Source: a virus. From it: 64,000 nt of DNA. The notes beneath the pieces were generated by a model. That model was not told the DNA's origin. It made no database searches and was given only the letters and a program-made list of their open reading frames with translations. The translations under genes were made by a program, and so were the position numbers. The stretch is taken from the UHGV virus genome UHGV-1366919; one strand, written 5' to 3'. Within the stretch, counting starts at the first letter, position 1. Each line of letters starts with the position of its first letter. Shown here piece after piece: positions 20,015 through 29,587 of this stretch.

Positions 20015-20372
20015 TTTTTCCCTTTAATACTGGGAACATGTTGATATTAACGCGATATTCATTTTTACATTCAGGGCAAACAAATGTATTTTCTTCCTTG
20101 GATAAATCAATAGGAACCGCGATTGTATTATGATTACAAGGACAATCAAAAACTACAGTATTCAGAGCTTGAATTTCTTCAACTCGCTGAGCTAGCTCTT
20201 CATCAAGTTCTTTATATTTCTGTACAAACTCATTAATAGACTCCTCTTCTTCCTGCTCGAATTCTTCTCGTTCTTTATTGAGAAGGTTTACTTTCCGCTT
20301 GATAAAGAAATAATAAACGGCAATATCCGCAATGAAAAGAAAAACGATTAATGATATGAATAATTCAGTCAT
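19935..20372 (-). CDS. Hypothetical membrane-anchored protein with a C-terminal zinc ribbon
   Basis: A 145 aa ORF. It has an N-terminal hydrophobic helix (LFISLIVFLFIADIAVYYFFI), a charged coiled-coil segment, and C-terminal CPC...CPEC cysteine pairs. Confidence 0.45.
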   Translation of the reverse strand: MTELFISLIVFLFIADIAVYYFFIKRKVNLLNKEREEFEQEEEESINEFVQKYKELDEELAQRVEEIQALNTVVFDCPCNHNTIAVPIDLSKEENTFVCPECKNEYRVNINMFPVLKGKIVDEHNMYDLLSEKYKTTKKFNSDEK

Positions 20373-20386
20373 AATTTATTATCTGA

Positions 20387-20755
20387 TTATTTTCCTAACT
20401 CATCAATCATCGGAATAATTTTTCCAACAATTACCGAGTTAAGTTTATCCACTATTTTTATCATTTTCCTTAATTCGTCCAGGTGCATTTTATCCAGCCC
20501 AGGTAAAGCTAAAGTTTCATTTAACTTATTGCGAATATTGGACATATTAGTAAACAAACCAATAAAATCTCCAGATAAACTATCTAAATTGCCGATTAAT
20601 TGCTTATGCTGATTGTTTAAAGCTTCCAATTCTCCCCTGATTCCTAAAAATTCTTGCATTCTTCTAGGGGAATTATCAAATTCAAACCCAGGATTAACAG
20701 ATAATTTAAAAGGGGAAGGAGCTTTTCCTACGGAATATTGATTTCCCTGTGACAT
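20387..20755 (-). CDS. Hypothetical protein
   Basis: A 122 aa ORF with no recognised motif. Confidence 0.35.
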   Translation of the reverse strand: MSQGNQYSVGKAPSPFKLSVNPGFEFDNSPRRMQEFLGIRGELEALNNQHKQLIGNLDSLSGDFIGLFTNMSNIRNKLNETLALPGLDKMHLDELRKMIKIVDKLNSVIVGKIIPMIDELGK

Positions 20756-20794
20756 GCTGTGGAATATTTAAAGTACACTTAAATAAAGTTACGC

Positions 20795-21262
20795 ATGAAA
20801 AATCTTTATAAAGATACGTTTAGGACTTTATTGGAAGCTGAATTGAATATTGACTTAGCTAAGGATATAGAAAATAATCTTGATAAAACTCCGGGTGAAG
20901 ATAGTGTAGAAAATTCTGAAACCGATGCTTTAGCTTCTACTCTTGATTCTGATGTAACCCCTGCTGATTATCTTTCTGATCCTGCTACGGACAAGGCTCT
21001 TCAACAGCAGATTGAACAGCGAAATAAGGAAATTGCTTCTGTGATTGAAGGATGGGCTCGTAAAATTGATGATTTTGTCGAATTCCTTAATGGAGCTGGA
21101 CCTGATTCTCTCCAAACGATTCTGTCTAAAGCACAACCTGGTACCCTTTTTGCTAAAGTTCAGAGCAATGTCACGCGCAAACTGGCGAACAATGCGGCCG
21201 AATTAGCTGCGACAGCTGAAACACTTCGTTCTTTTGTTGGTCAGAAAGCTATTACCCGTTAA
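20795..21262 (+). CDS. Hypothetical protein
   Basis: A 155 aa ORF, transcribed divergently from 20387-20755. Acidic. Confidence 0.35.
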   Translation: MKNLYKDTFRTLLEAELNIDLAKDIENNLDKTPGEDSVENSETDALASTLDSDVTPADYLSDPATDKALQQQIEQRNKEIASVIEGWARKIDDFVEFLNGAGPDSLQTILSKAQPGTLFAKVQSNVTRKLANNAAELAATAETLRSFVGQKAITR

Positions 21263-21268
21263 TTTATT

Positions 21269-21661
21269 ATGAAATTGCTTAATGAAGATTATTTGGACAA
21301 TGTTCCAGATATGTCTGGTCCTTCTCCTTTCAAATCTGATGGAACAAGAAAAGATGACTGGTTCTTGATTCGTATTCCCGCAGAAAAAGTAGGCCAAAAA
21401 GATCGCTGGTTGAGAAAGACTATTGATTTCTGGGAAACACCAAGGCAACATTATAAATCTTCCTATAATTACTATGCAATTCAGCTGGAAGATGGAGAAG
21501 TAACTTATGTCAAGGCTCCGGCTGCAATGGATAAGCATAAATTATTGGAAAAGATTGAAATGTTTCTCAAGGATGAATTCGGATATGATGGAATGTGGGA
21601 AATTAAAGGCTTTATTAATAAGAAAGTAGCACAAGATAAATCAGAATGGAGGCCAGCCTAA
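21269..21661 (+). CDS. Hypothetical protein
   Basis: A 130 aa ORF. Confidence 0.35.
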   Translation: MKLLNEDYLDNVPDMSGPSPFKSDGTRKDDWFLIRIPAEKVGQKDRWLRKTIDFWETPRQHYKSSYNYYAIQLEDGEVTYVKAPAAMDKHKLLEKIEMFLKDEFGYDGMWEIKGFINKKVAQDKSEWRPA

Positions 21662-21882
21662 TGCAAACACCGATTAAAGTTTCAAATATTAAATCAAGTG
21701 ATCTTTTGACTGAATCTTTATATGATATTAAAGATCAAGAATTTACTTTAGTAGAAAATAAAGATAATCCAATGTCTTTAGCCGTTAAAAAAGATTTAAT
21801 CAAAATTGTTTTGGAAGATATTCTAAAAATGCCGATTAAATCTTTCAGTGTAAAGAAAATGAAAAAAGCTGAGTCAAACTAA
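21646..21882 (+). CDS. Hypothetical small protein
   Basis: A 78 aa ORF followed directly by a terminator hairpin. Confidence 0.3.
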   Translation: MEASLMQTPIKVSNIKSSDLLTESLYDIKDQEFTLVENKDNPMSLAVKKDLIKIVLEDILKMPIKSFSVKKMKKAESN

Positions 21883-21897
21883 TGACTCAGCTTTTTA
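21867..21897 (+). terminator. Intrinsic terminator
   Basis: AGCTGAGTCA-AACTAA-TGACTCAGCT followed by TTTTT. Confidence 0.65.
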
Positions 21898-22165
21898 ATT
21901 TCAAATTTTAACTAGGTTTGACTTTAAATTATATCTATGGTGAAACTACAAAAGCCAAGATAATAAAGTTAAAGTCAAACTTAGCCGATAATTCATCCTC
22001 AGAAAAAGATCTTAAGAAGGAATTAAAGAAACGAAAGTTAATTTAGTTCTATAAAGGATAACGGAAATCCAAATTAATAATTTAAATTACTTTCACTTTT
22101 TATTTACCAAATTTCCTGAAAATGAAGAGGTGATCTATTGTATGATTAACCAAGTATATAGTTTA

Positions 22166-23245
22166 TCATTTTATCTGAGCCAGTTTTATTAAACCAGAGA
22201 TACCAGATACAGTATTTTCCAATATAAAAGATTCTGAAATTTCATTTAACTTTTTTGCAATAGCAATATCATTAAAATCTTTATATTTTTCTCCATACTC
22301 TTTTGGCCAAAGGAAAACTTGTTCATTTTCTTCTAATAAAATTCGACTTTTTTCTCGAGCTGCCTCATCTTGATATTGAGAATCAAGTACCCAAATTCGA
22401 TTTAATAATAAAATCTTATCTAATTGCTCTTCTTGAATACCTGAAAAAAGTGTGCGAGAAGTAGTAATACCTCCTATGGCTAAACCATTCTTAACAAAAC
22501 AAGAATCAAATGGCCCCTCAAAAATATAATAATTTTCTTTATTATAATCAAGGTTTCCCAGATTAAAAACAGATTTAACTCCATTTAATTTGGACAAATA
22601 TCTTATATTAGAAGCCCCTGTTACATCTCGAGACTGATAATACACTATCTTTTGCTTTTCATCATAATATGGAATAATCAATCTCCCGTAATGAATCTTA
22701 TCCTTTAATGAAGTAAACCAAGATTTTGGCCGATTAATTGCTTTATAAAGATTCCGATTAATCAAATAATGTAAACAAGTCTTAACAACTAAATTATTTC
22801 GATAATAACCTATTTGTTGAGGATCACAAAGATCAATAGGATCTTTGGGCAATGAATCATCCTCCGGAACTATTTCTTCAATAATATCTTTAACTTTATT
22901 TTCAAAATATCCGCCGCCTAAATCAAGATAATCGTAATCATTACTTCTTATTTCATCAAAAATCTCATAAGAAGTCATTCCTGATACTTCTTTAATCCAT
23001 TTTAATGGGCGAGATGACCAGCCGCATCGATGACAATAAATTAAATTCTTATCTGGAAGATAAAAACAACGTTTTATTTTACCTATTCCAGTATCGCCTT
23101 CTCTACAAATTGGGCAGGAACAAGAATAATTATTATTCCCTTGATTATATTGGGCAAAATATCCTAAATCAAAAAACTTCTTAATAACATACTCTTGCGG
23201 GAGTTCATTATTCTGTTTCGAAGTCGAAGAGGGAGGAAATAACAT
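22166..23245 (-). CDS. DNA primase (T4 gp61-like)
   Basis: A 359 aa ORF. It has an N-terminal zinc ribbon (CSCPICREGD...CHRCGWS) followed by a TOPRIM-like region. It is adjacent to RNase H and near the gp41 helicase, as expected for a T4-type primosome. Confidence 0.7.
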   Translation of the reverse strand: MLFPPSSTSKQNNELPQEYVIKKFFDLGYFAQYNQGNNNYSCSCPICREGDTGIGKIKRCFYLPDKNLIYCHRCGWSSRPLKWIKEVSGMTSYEIFDEIRSNDYDYLDLGGGYFENKVKDIIEEIVPEDDSLPKDPIDLCDPQQIGYYRNNLVVKTCLHYLINRNLYKAINRPKSWFTSLKDKIHYGRLIIPYYDEKQKIVYYQSRDVTGASNIRYLSKLNGVKSVFNLGNLDYNKENYYIFEGPFDSCFVKNGLAIGGITTSRTLFSGIQEEQLDKILLLNRIWVLDSQYQDEAAREKSRILLEENEQVFLWPKEYGEKYKDFNDIAIAKKLNEISESFILENTVSGISGLIKLAQIK

Positions 23246-24149
23246 CTGTAATGTCTAATCGATTAGCTAAAGTAGAGTACCAATAGTCAATTTTTCTGTA
23301 AATATTCCAGAATTCAAGTTCTTTTATAAGAAGAGTAAAATTTTCCTTATTTGCCTCAGGTGTTTCACTAATACATTTTTCATAATGCTCTTCCTCTTCA
23401 GTAGAAATAAGATTATAATCAAATTTCATCATCTTTAAATTATGTTTAAAAATTTCTAATTCTTCTTCCTTTAATAGGGAAGAATCCTTAAGAGAATCTA
23501 TATCATAATCAATCTTAAGAAGAGAAATAATATCTTGAATCCTGGTTGACCTAATTCCCTTAACACCGCTGATATTATCTGCTCGGTCACCCCTAAGAGC
23601 CTTAAAAATTATGTATTCAAAACCATTATTAACATTATAATAATCTTTAAGATATAGTTCAGTTATAGACTGTTTCTTTTTAGGATTATAAATGATATTT
23701 CCTGGAAAATCTGAGCCAATTAACTGATAAAAATCAGTATCAGTTGAAACTACAATACTTTGGTTAGGATATTTTTTCATCGCTAACCAAAAAATAATAT
23801 CATCCGCTTCTAAATTAATAGGATTGATTTGAATAATGCCCAAAGAATTCAACAATTCCATAATTACTGGCATATATTCATATACTTCTTTATTCTTAAT
23901 TTCATCCCGCTGAGCTTTGTACTCAGAATCTAGCATTTTTCTAAAATTATAGCAGTCTTCTTTTCTATAATCCCATACACAAATAACTTTTTTAGGAGAA
24001 AATAATTCAACTAAAGATTTAAGAGAATTAAGAAATAGATAAATGTGAGAAGTTGGTGTAGGTTTTTCTAATACTTTTGAAACATGGAAAACTCTATGCA
24101 ACAAATTATTAGCATCAATTATTAAGTTCTTCTGTGTAGAATTTCTCAT
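23208..24149 (-). CDS. rnh: RNase H / 5'-3' flap endonuclease (T4 rnh, FEN family)
   Basis: A 313 aa ORF with FEN-family motifs: IIDANNLLHR, AQRDE, EADDIIFWL and STDTDFYQL. Confidence 0.8.
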   Translation of the reverse strand: MRNSTQKNLIIDANNLLHRVFHVSKVLEKPTPTSHIYLFLNSLKSLVELFSPKKVICVWDYRKEDCYNFRKMLDSEYKAQRDEIKNKEVYEYMPVIMELLNSLGIIQINPINLEADDIIFWLAMKKYPNQSIVVSTDTDFYQLIGSDFPGNIIYNPKKKQSITELYLKDYYNVNNGFEYIIFKALRGDRADNISGVKGIRSTRIQDIISLLKIDYDIDSLKDSSLLKEEELEIFKHNLKMMKFDYNLISTEEEEHYEKCISETPEANKENFTLLIKELEFWNIYRKIDYWYSTLANRLDITDVISSLFDFETE

Positions 24150-24192
24150 AAAATTTATTATACATTATCCTCAATAATCGACGGTGAAATTA

Positions 24193-24516
24193 TTATTTTC
24201 TATTAGCAAATAAATCGTTTATAAAGTTCTTTTTATTTTTTTCTGTTTCTAAAAATTGTAATTTAATAACCTCAAATACTTCGTCTGGCAATTTCTCGAC
24301 AAAAGTAATATAAGGCTCTACTACAAAATCTGTAGCTTTATCAAGAATAGTCTCTTCCTTTGCTTTTTCTAAATCTTTCTTATCCAAAATAAGAATTTTA
24401 AAAGAACCGGGAATTACAAGAAATTCATTGTATCTGCCATTTTTTCTGACAAATACAATGAATTTCCCAGTATATTTTCCTCGATTTATTGCGTAACAAT
24501 TACCTGGAAGTTCCAT
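24193..24516 (-). CDS. Hypothetical protein
   Basis: A 107 aa ORF. Confidence 0.3.
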   Translation of the reverse strand: MELPGNCYAINRGKYTGKFIVFVRKNGRYNEFLVIPGSFKILILDKKDLEKAKEETILDKATDFVVEPYITFVEKLPDEVFEVIKLQFLETEKNKKNFINDLFANRK

Positions 24517-24856
24517 AAAGCTTATCTAATTTTTCTTGAAAGAACGGATTGTCTTTATTATAAGAGGCAATTCCTTTTTCGATTAATTGATATAATATCA
24601 CTTCAACAGATTTAGTCTTTAAAAAGAAATTCTTTGGCCAATTTTGCCCTCCATCATTAAATTCAAAAGAAACATCTCCTACATCTGGGTAATTCTCATA
24701 ACAAGTAACAAAAATTGAGGCTCCAGCAGGATCAATCATTATTGTCCATCGTCTGGGATCACTATCACTGAACTTATTAAAAAGCCTAATAGCAATAAAG
24801 CCGCTTTGCCTTAATCTTTTTAAGAGATAACCAGGAGTATCAATTTTATTTGCCAT
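24500..24856 (-). CDS. Hypothetical protein
   Basis: A 118 aa ORF. Confidence 0.3.
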   Translation of the reverse strand: MANKIDTPGYLLKRLRQSGFIAIRLFNKFSDSDPRRWTIMIDPAGASIFVTCYENYPDVGDVSFEFNDGGQNWPKNFFLKTKSVEVILYQLIEKGIASYNKDNPFFQEKLDKLYGTSR

Positions 24857-25627
24857 TTAATTCTTTAAAGATTGAATAAGATAATTATGTTCCAGATTTT
24901 CAGACAATTGACGAATAAAAAGAATATTATAAGTTAATGACTTTCTCTTAACAACAGATACATCAAAAATTACTTCATCATTAAAATAATCAAGCAATGT
25001 CCATACATCAAATTTAATTGGAATTCTTCCAATAAGTTGCCCAGTATAATCTGTTCCTAAAGACACCCTGAAAGAATCTGTTGTATCAGATTGATAATCT
25101 GTTAATTCTCCATAAAGTACCCCGTCTTCAACATAGAAATAAACCTTTGTATTCCCGGAATTATCTCGAACAAAGGAAAATCCTTTTTCCAATTGAATAA
25201 GCTTATCCCTGTTAAGCTTAATAGAAAAAGAAATAGGAAATGCCCTAAATTTATCTGGTGTTACCTGAGGAGGAAGAGGAATAATACTCTTTTCAGCCAG
25301 ATAAAACTTTAATCTAATATAATCATTTTTATATTTGATTAAATTATCATTAATTTCAAGAATAATAGTTTCTTCGATTGCAAAATCGCAAATCTTAAGA
25401 AGCTTAGAAATATCATTAATAGGTAATTCTAGATCAACATTATTATCTCCTTCATCAGGTAAAATAAAGGAGGATAACATAATAATGTTACCCCCCTCGG
25501 AAGTTGTTAAAACCTCCATTTTTTTATCTTTAAGCTTGATAATAATGGACTCAGTAATCTTTGAAATACTTTTAAGAAATAATTTAAATTCTTTTGTCGG
25601 AATATGAAGCTTAATCTTGTTTGCCAT
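24857..25627 (-). CDS. Possible sliding clamp (gp45-like)
   Basis: A 256 aa ORF. Its size is close to T4 gp45 (228 aa) and there is loose N-terminal similarity. The call is weak. Confidence 0.3.
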   Translation of the reverse strand: MANKIKLHIPTKEFKLFLKSISKITESIIIKLKDKKMEVLTTSEGGNIIMLSSFILPDEGDNNVDLELPINDISKLLKICDFAIEETIILEINDNLIKYKNDYIRLKFYLAEKSIIPLPPQVTPDKFRAFPISFSIKLNRDKLIQLEKGFSFVRDNSGNTKVYFYVEDGVLYGELTDYQSDTTDSFRVSLGTDYTGQLIGRIPIKFDVWTLLDYFNDEVIFDVSVVKRKSLTYNILFIRQLSENLEHNYLIQSLKN

Positions 25628-26300
25628 CTGTTTCTATTTCGTCTAAAGGGTCAAGCTCTTTAAGCTCCTCCCCCGTTTCAAATGTTTCTTCTAATGAACT
25701 ATCATAATTTGTCCGGGCTGTCCCTGAAGACAAAATATCAATAAGTTTTAATAAATTATTATTGATTTCTGTAAAATGATAGGTGAAAAAGAATTTTGCA
25801 TCCTCATCTAATGAAGTTAGATTGGAATTATTAATATACTCATTAGAATCCCAATTTTGGCCTTGATAAAATTCAGGCTGAGGCTGAGGTTGTTGTACTG
25901 GGGGCTGCCAATTGTTTTGAACCGGGGGCGGCTGAGAAACAGGCTGCTGTTGCCATTGATTCTGCTGAAATTGATGCTGTTGAGCTCTTTGAGGATTAAA
26001 TCCAGCCATTTGTTTAAATTGAGCCATTGCAGCATCTTTTTCAGCCTGAACCTGCTGTTCAGCTAATTGGCGGTTAATTTCAATTGCTTGTTGAGCTAAT
26101 TTCTGCCTTTCCTGAATCAAATATCTGTCCTCTTCAGTTAAACCTGCTCTTGGATCAAACTTAATTGCCCCAAGATTCTTAACAAGTCCTGCCGTAAATT
26201 GAGCAAGAAGAGGATTGGGTCGCCCGTCAGGAAGACGGGCGAATTGATTAACGACATAAGAAGGAACAGACTGACTTTGTTGTTGCTGATTATAATTCAT
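25611..26300 (-). CDS. Hypothetical Q/P-rich protein
   Basis: A 229 aa ORF with an extreme Gln/Pro-rich central region. No motif was recognised. Confidence 0.35.
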   Translation of the reverse strand: MNYNQQQQSQSVPSYVVNQFARLPDGRPNPLLAQFTAGLVKNLGAIKFDPRAGLTEEDRYLIQERQKLAQQAIEINRQLAEQQVQAEKDAAMAQFKQMAGFNPQRAQQHQFQQNQWQQQPVSQPPPVQNNWQPPVQQPQPQPEFYQGQNWDSNEYINNSNLTSLDEDAKFFFTYHFTEINNNLLKLIDILSSGTARTNYDSSLEETFETGEELKELDPLDEIETDGKQD

Positions 26301-26302
26301 CT

Positions 26303-27253
26303 TTAGTTAAGATCAGCGGTTTGTCCATTCAAATAAGCTTCAAGCTCATTCAAGTCAACTTCAGTTGGTTCAGTTGGTTCAGTCGATTCAGAAGAACTAA
26401 TTGTCTCAGTCTTGACTGGTTCTTCTCGAGTAAAAGAAGGAATCGGATCCATGCCAACAACAGAAGTAGGAGCAGAAATAGGAGCTACTTTAGCCGTAGT
26501 ATCTGGATTAGCCCCCAAGAAAGTTGTCATAAACAACTTCTCAAGTTCAGAAACTTCCATATTTCGTTCAATAGCAGTCAAATCATGTGCTTGCTGAAGA
26601 ATCGTATCAATATCAGCCTCACTCAAACCAAGATCACGCTTACGACGAACAAAAGTGGAAGATTTATAAGAAGTAAAATCACCTTGAGGTTCAGCATTAA
26701 TATTAAGATTAATACCATCGGCAGAAAGGTCAAAAATTGCCTTCCTCATATCCTCAACATCAAATTCTTCAACAAATTTTTCCTTCTTCTTAGGATCATC
26801 AGAACAAGCTTCTTCAATAATGTTCTGAAGTTGACGTCCGGCTTGAAGAATCTTAACCTTACCATTATTTTCAGGATTTACTGGATCATTTACAACATAA
26901 ACATTATAATACCAGGATTCCTTATAGTTAAGGCGCTTATCAACATCCTTAAACAAGGCTTCATTACCAGAATTCTTTACCTTAAAATAATATTCAGTAA
27001 TAGGGCAAGCTTCGCCATAGGTGCGAGGAGAAAGAACATAAGTCCAGCGACCATCCTTAATAGACCTCCAAGAATACTGGAAAAAATGGAAAATAGACTT
27101 ATGATAGCCAGCACGTCCTTCCTTTACATAAGGAAGAAGACGAACAAGATATTCATTACCAGCTTTAAAAGAAAGCTTTTCAGTATAAAGGCCTTTTTTA
27201 GTATTAGAAGCAAAAAGTTCAGCCGAGGATTGGAAAAAATCATTTAGATTCAT
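26303..27253 (-). CDS. Single-stranded DNA-binding protein (T4 gp32-like)
   Basis: A 316 aa ORF. The segment YYNVYVVNDPVNPENNGKVKILQAGRQL aligns with T4 gp32 [29 protein letters not shown]. It also has an acidic C-terminal tail, as gp32 does. Confidence 0.8.
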   Translation of the reverse strand: MNLNDFFQSSAELFASNTKKGLYTEKLSFKAGNEYLVRLLPYVKEGRAGYHKSIFHFFQYSWRSIKDGRWTYVLSPRTYGEACPITEYYFKVKNSGNEALFKDVDKRLNYKESWYYNVYVVNDPVNPENNGKVKILQAGRQLQNIIEEACSDDPKKKEKFVEEFDVEDMRKAIFDLSADGINLNINAEPQGDFTSYKSSTFVRRKRDLGLSEADIDTILQQAHDLTAIERNMEVSELEKLFMTTFLGANPDTTAKVAPISAPTSVVGMDPIPSFTREEPVKTETISSSESTEPTEPTEVDLNELEAYLNGQTADLN

Positions 27254-27273
27254 AGATTTATTTTTTTTTTAAT

Positions 27274-27906
27274 TTAATTTTGTTTAATTTCGTTTAATTT
27301 ATTGCCAATATTTTTTAATCTTTTCGAATAATTGTATTGTCTTTGTGTTTCGAAGAACTTCTTTTTGAAATCCTCCAAGTATATATTTAATATCTCATCT
27401 TCATATAAGTCACTTAATTTCAAGTGAAAAGCATGTAAATGATATAATGAAATATATTGCTTCTTCAAATGAATCAGATATTGAAAAATACCTTTATCAT
27501 TTGTTATTTTCGGATAATCATGTAACTTAATTTTATTTTCTCGGACAAAATTAATAATAAACTTTAATCCTTCAATAAAATCATTTACCGATTCATCTGA
27601 ATCTATAAAAGTATTATACCGTTCTTTTATGAACTTTGAATAACTTTTAACCGCAATATAAGTATGAAAAAATCCTAAGTGAAGGTAGGTGTTCGTCAAA
27701 TTTGCAAAACCTGATTTAAAGAACAAATCCTCATTAATCTCTGGATTTCGTTGAAAGAAAAGATCTAACTTGACTAAATCAGTTTTTATATCATCAGAAA
27801 TATTAGAAAAGTCCTTCCGCTTATTATATGGTCTATTTTGACTTAGAGCTAAATGTTTAAGATATAAATTATAAATCTTTTGTTGATTTTCAGTTAATTC
27901 TTCCAT
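27274..27906 (-). CDS. Possible helicase loader (gp59-like)
   Basis: A 210 aa ORF immediately upstream of gp32, matching the T4 order 59-32, and of similar size. Sequence similarity is weak. Confidence 0.3.
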   Translation of the reverse strand: MEELTENQQKIYNLYLKHLALSQNRPYNKRKDFSNISDDIKTDLVKLDLFFQRNPEINEDLFFKSGFANLTNTYLHLGFFHTYIAVKSYSKFIKERYNTFIDSDESVNDFIEGLKFIINFVRENKIKLHDYPKITNDKGIFQYLIHLKKQYISLYHLHAFHLKLSDLYEDEILNIYLEDFKKKFFETQRQYNYSKRLKNIGNKLNEIKQN

Positions 27907-28168
27907 TCAAATATTGAAGTATCAATTTAGATTTTACTAAACTTGGATCAATTTCTAAAAGATATTTGCAAATCTCTATATCAGAGTCAAGTCCGGTAAT
28001 TTCCTTTGCTATATGATTAAATCGCTTGTCAGTTAAAACTAAAATAAAAACATTTTGAAAATTAATTTTCTTTCCGCTCATTAAAGTCAATAATGTAGCC
28101 AACTGATAAAGAGAATTAATTATTTCACTATCCTCTAAAGATAAAAGATCTGCATCATCTAAGCTCAT
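27890..28168 (-). CDS. Hypothetical small protein
   Basis: A 92 aa ORF. Confidence 0.3.
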   Translation of the reverse strand: MSLDDADLLSLEDSEIINSLYQLATLLTLMSGKKINFQNVFILVLTDKRFNHIAKEITGLDSDIEICKYLLEIDPSLVKSKLILQYLNGRIN

Positions 28169-28173
28169 TTGTT

Positions 28174-29511
28174 TTAGTTATTATCTGAAACTAAAAATGC
28201 CGATAAAGAATCTTCTACAGTTTCTTCTAAAGTAGATTTATATGTTCCTTCTTGCTCCAAATCTTCAATTTTTAAAGTATCGTATGCTATTTTCATTACT
28301 ATACTAAAATCTACAGGACCATATCTATTCTTGGCAAAACCTAATCTGATAAAATTCATTACCGAATCTTCTTCATTCTTAAAAATTTCCCAAATAACAT
28401 CTGCAGTCGCAGAAACACCTGTTGATTCAGAAATAGAGTTCAATCCACTCATTTTTTTACCATCTGCGCTGCGATTTTGCTGGGTCAATGACACTACTGG
28501 CGCCGATAACCAATAACTTAACGCTCTTGTATGTTCAGCAATTCCTTTAAGTTTTTCATATAGATTATTGCCAGGTCCATCAAAAAGATTAATATAATCG
28601 ATACAAAGTGCATCAATTTTTATTCCTTTTTCTACTATATGCTTTTTAATCCATCCCTTTAATTCAGGAACAGTAATAGTTGACGGTGGAAATTCTTTAA
28701 TAATAATCTTTCCTGGCTTATTCTTCATCTTTTCCTTCACTTCATCTGTTCTCAAATGCAGCTCAGCAAATGGAATTGCTGTTTGTTGAGAACAAAAGCG
28801 AGAAGCGTAAGCTAATTCTGACATTTCAAGAGTAATGAGGAGAACTGTCTTTCCCTGATTGGCAATATTACATGCAATATTTCCTAAAAATAATGATTTA
28901 CCCTTATTCGGAGGAGCCATAAACAAATATAAAGCTTTTCCATCTTCATAAAAGCCTCCATCAATATACTTGTCCAAAGATTTAAATCCGGTAGAAATAG
29001 TTCTCTTCTTTTCCTTTAATGCAGTAAGGATATTACCAATATCTTCATATAAATCTAACCCTTTTTCATTATCAAGGGTAATATTGCAAACCTGTTCAAA
29101 CTTTTCAAGAACTTTAGAAGAATTAATTTCTCCTTTTTCCAATTCTCCGGCAACAGAGATCATAGTTTGAATAATTCCGCGTTCCTTAATGAATCTTTCT
29201 GCAGATTTCAGGAATAAATCTTTATCCATTCCTTCATAGTCAATATGTTCAATCTCATTAAAGACAGAATCTATTGCATGTTTATATTCTTTCTTGTTCA
29301 AGAAGAGAATAAGCTCATCTTTCGTCGGTAATTTTTCTCTTTTTTCAAAGAAAAACTTATAAAAATTAACAACTAAAGCATAATTCTCATTTTTAAAAAA
29401 TAATTTTGGATTTGTTAAGAACCTTCCCAAAGTTGATAAGACCATTACATCAGAAACAATACCCTTAACAAGAAAAGGTTCAAAATCGTCTAAATCAAAC
29501 TTTTCAAACAT
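28174..29511 (-). CDS. Replicative DNA helicase (DnaB family, T4 gp41-like)
   Basis: A 445 aa ORF. It has a DnaB-type Walker A in context (GFKSLDKYIDGGFYEDGKALYLFMAPPNKGKSLFLGNIACNIA...LLITLEMS) and the later motifs. Confidence 0.8.
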   Translation of the reverse strand: MFEKFDLDDFEPFLVKGIVSDVMVLSTLGRFLTNPKLFFKNENYALVVNFYKFFFEKREKLPTKDELILFLNKKEYKHAIDSVFNEIEHIDYEGMDKDLFLKSAERFIKERGIIQTMISVAGELEKGEINSSKVLEKFEQVCNITLDNEKGLDLYEDIGNILTALKEKKRTISTGFKSLDKYIDGGFYEDGKALYLFMAPPNKGKSLFLGNIACNIANQGKTVLLITLEMSELAYASRFCSQQTAIPFAELHLRTDEVKEKMKNKPGKIIIKEFPPSTITVPELKGWIKKHIVEKGIKIDALCIDYINLFDGPGNNLYEKLKGIAEHTRALSYWLSAPVVSLTQQNRSADGKKMSGLNSISESTGVSATADVIWEIFKNEEDSVMNFIRLGFAKNRYGPVDFSIVMKIAYDTLKIEDLEQEGTYKSTLEETVEDSLSAFLVSDNN

Positions 29512-29587
29512 TGTTATTCCATTTTATTTTAGTCCTGAAAAAAGATAAGTGCACCTATAGGTGCTCAATACTCAATAAATACCATAA

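Noticed and set aside
26321-27247. Long 308 aa + strand ORF
   Set aside because: It is antisense to the gp32 SSB gene, whose homology on the minus strand is strong. It is a low-complexity artefact of AT-rich sequence.
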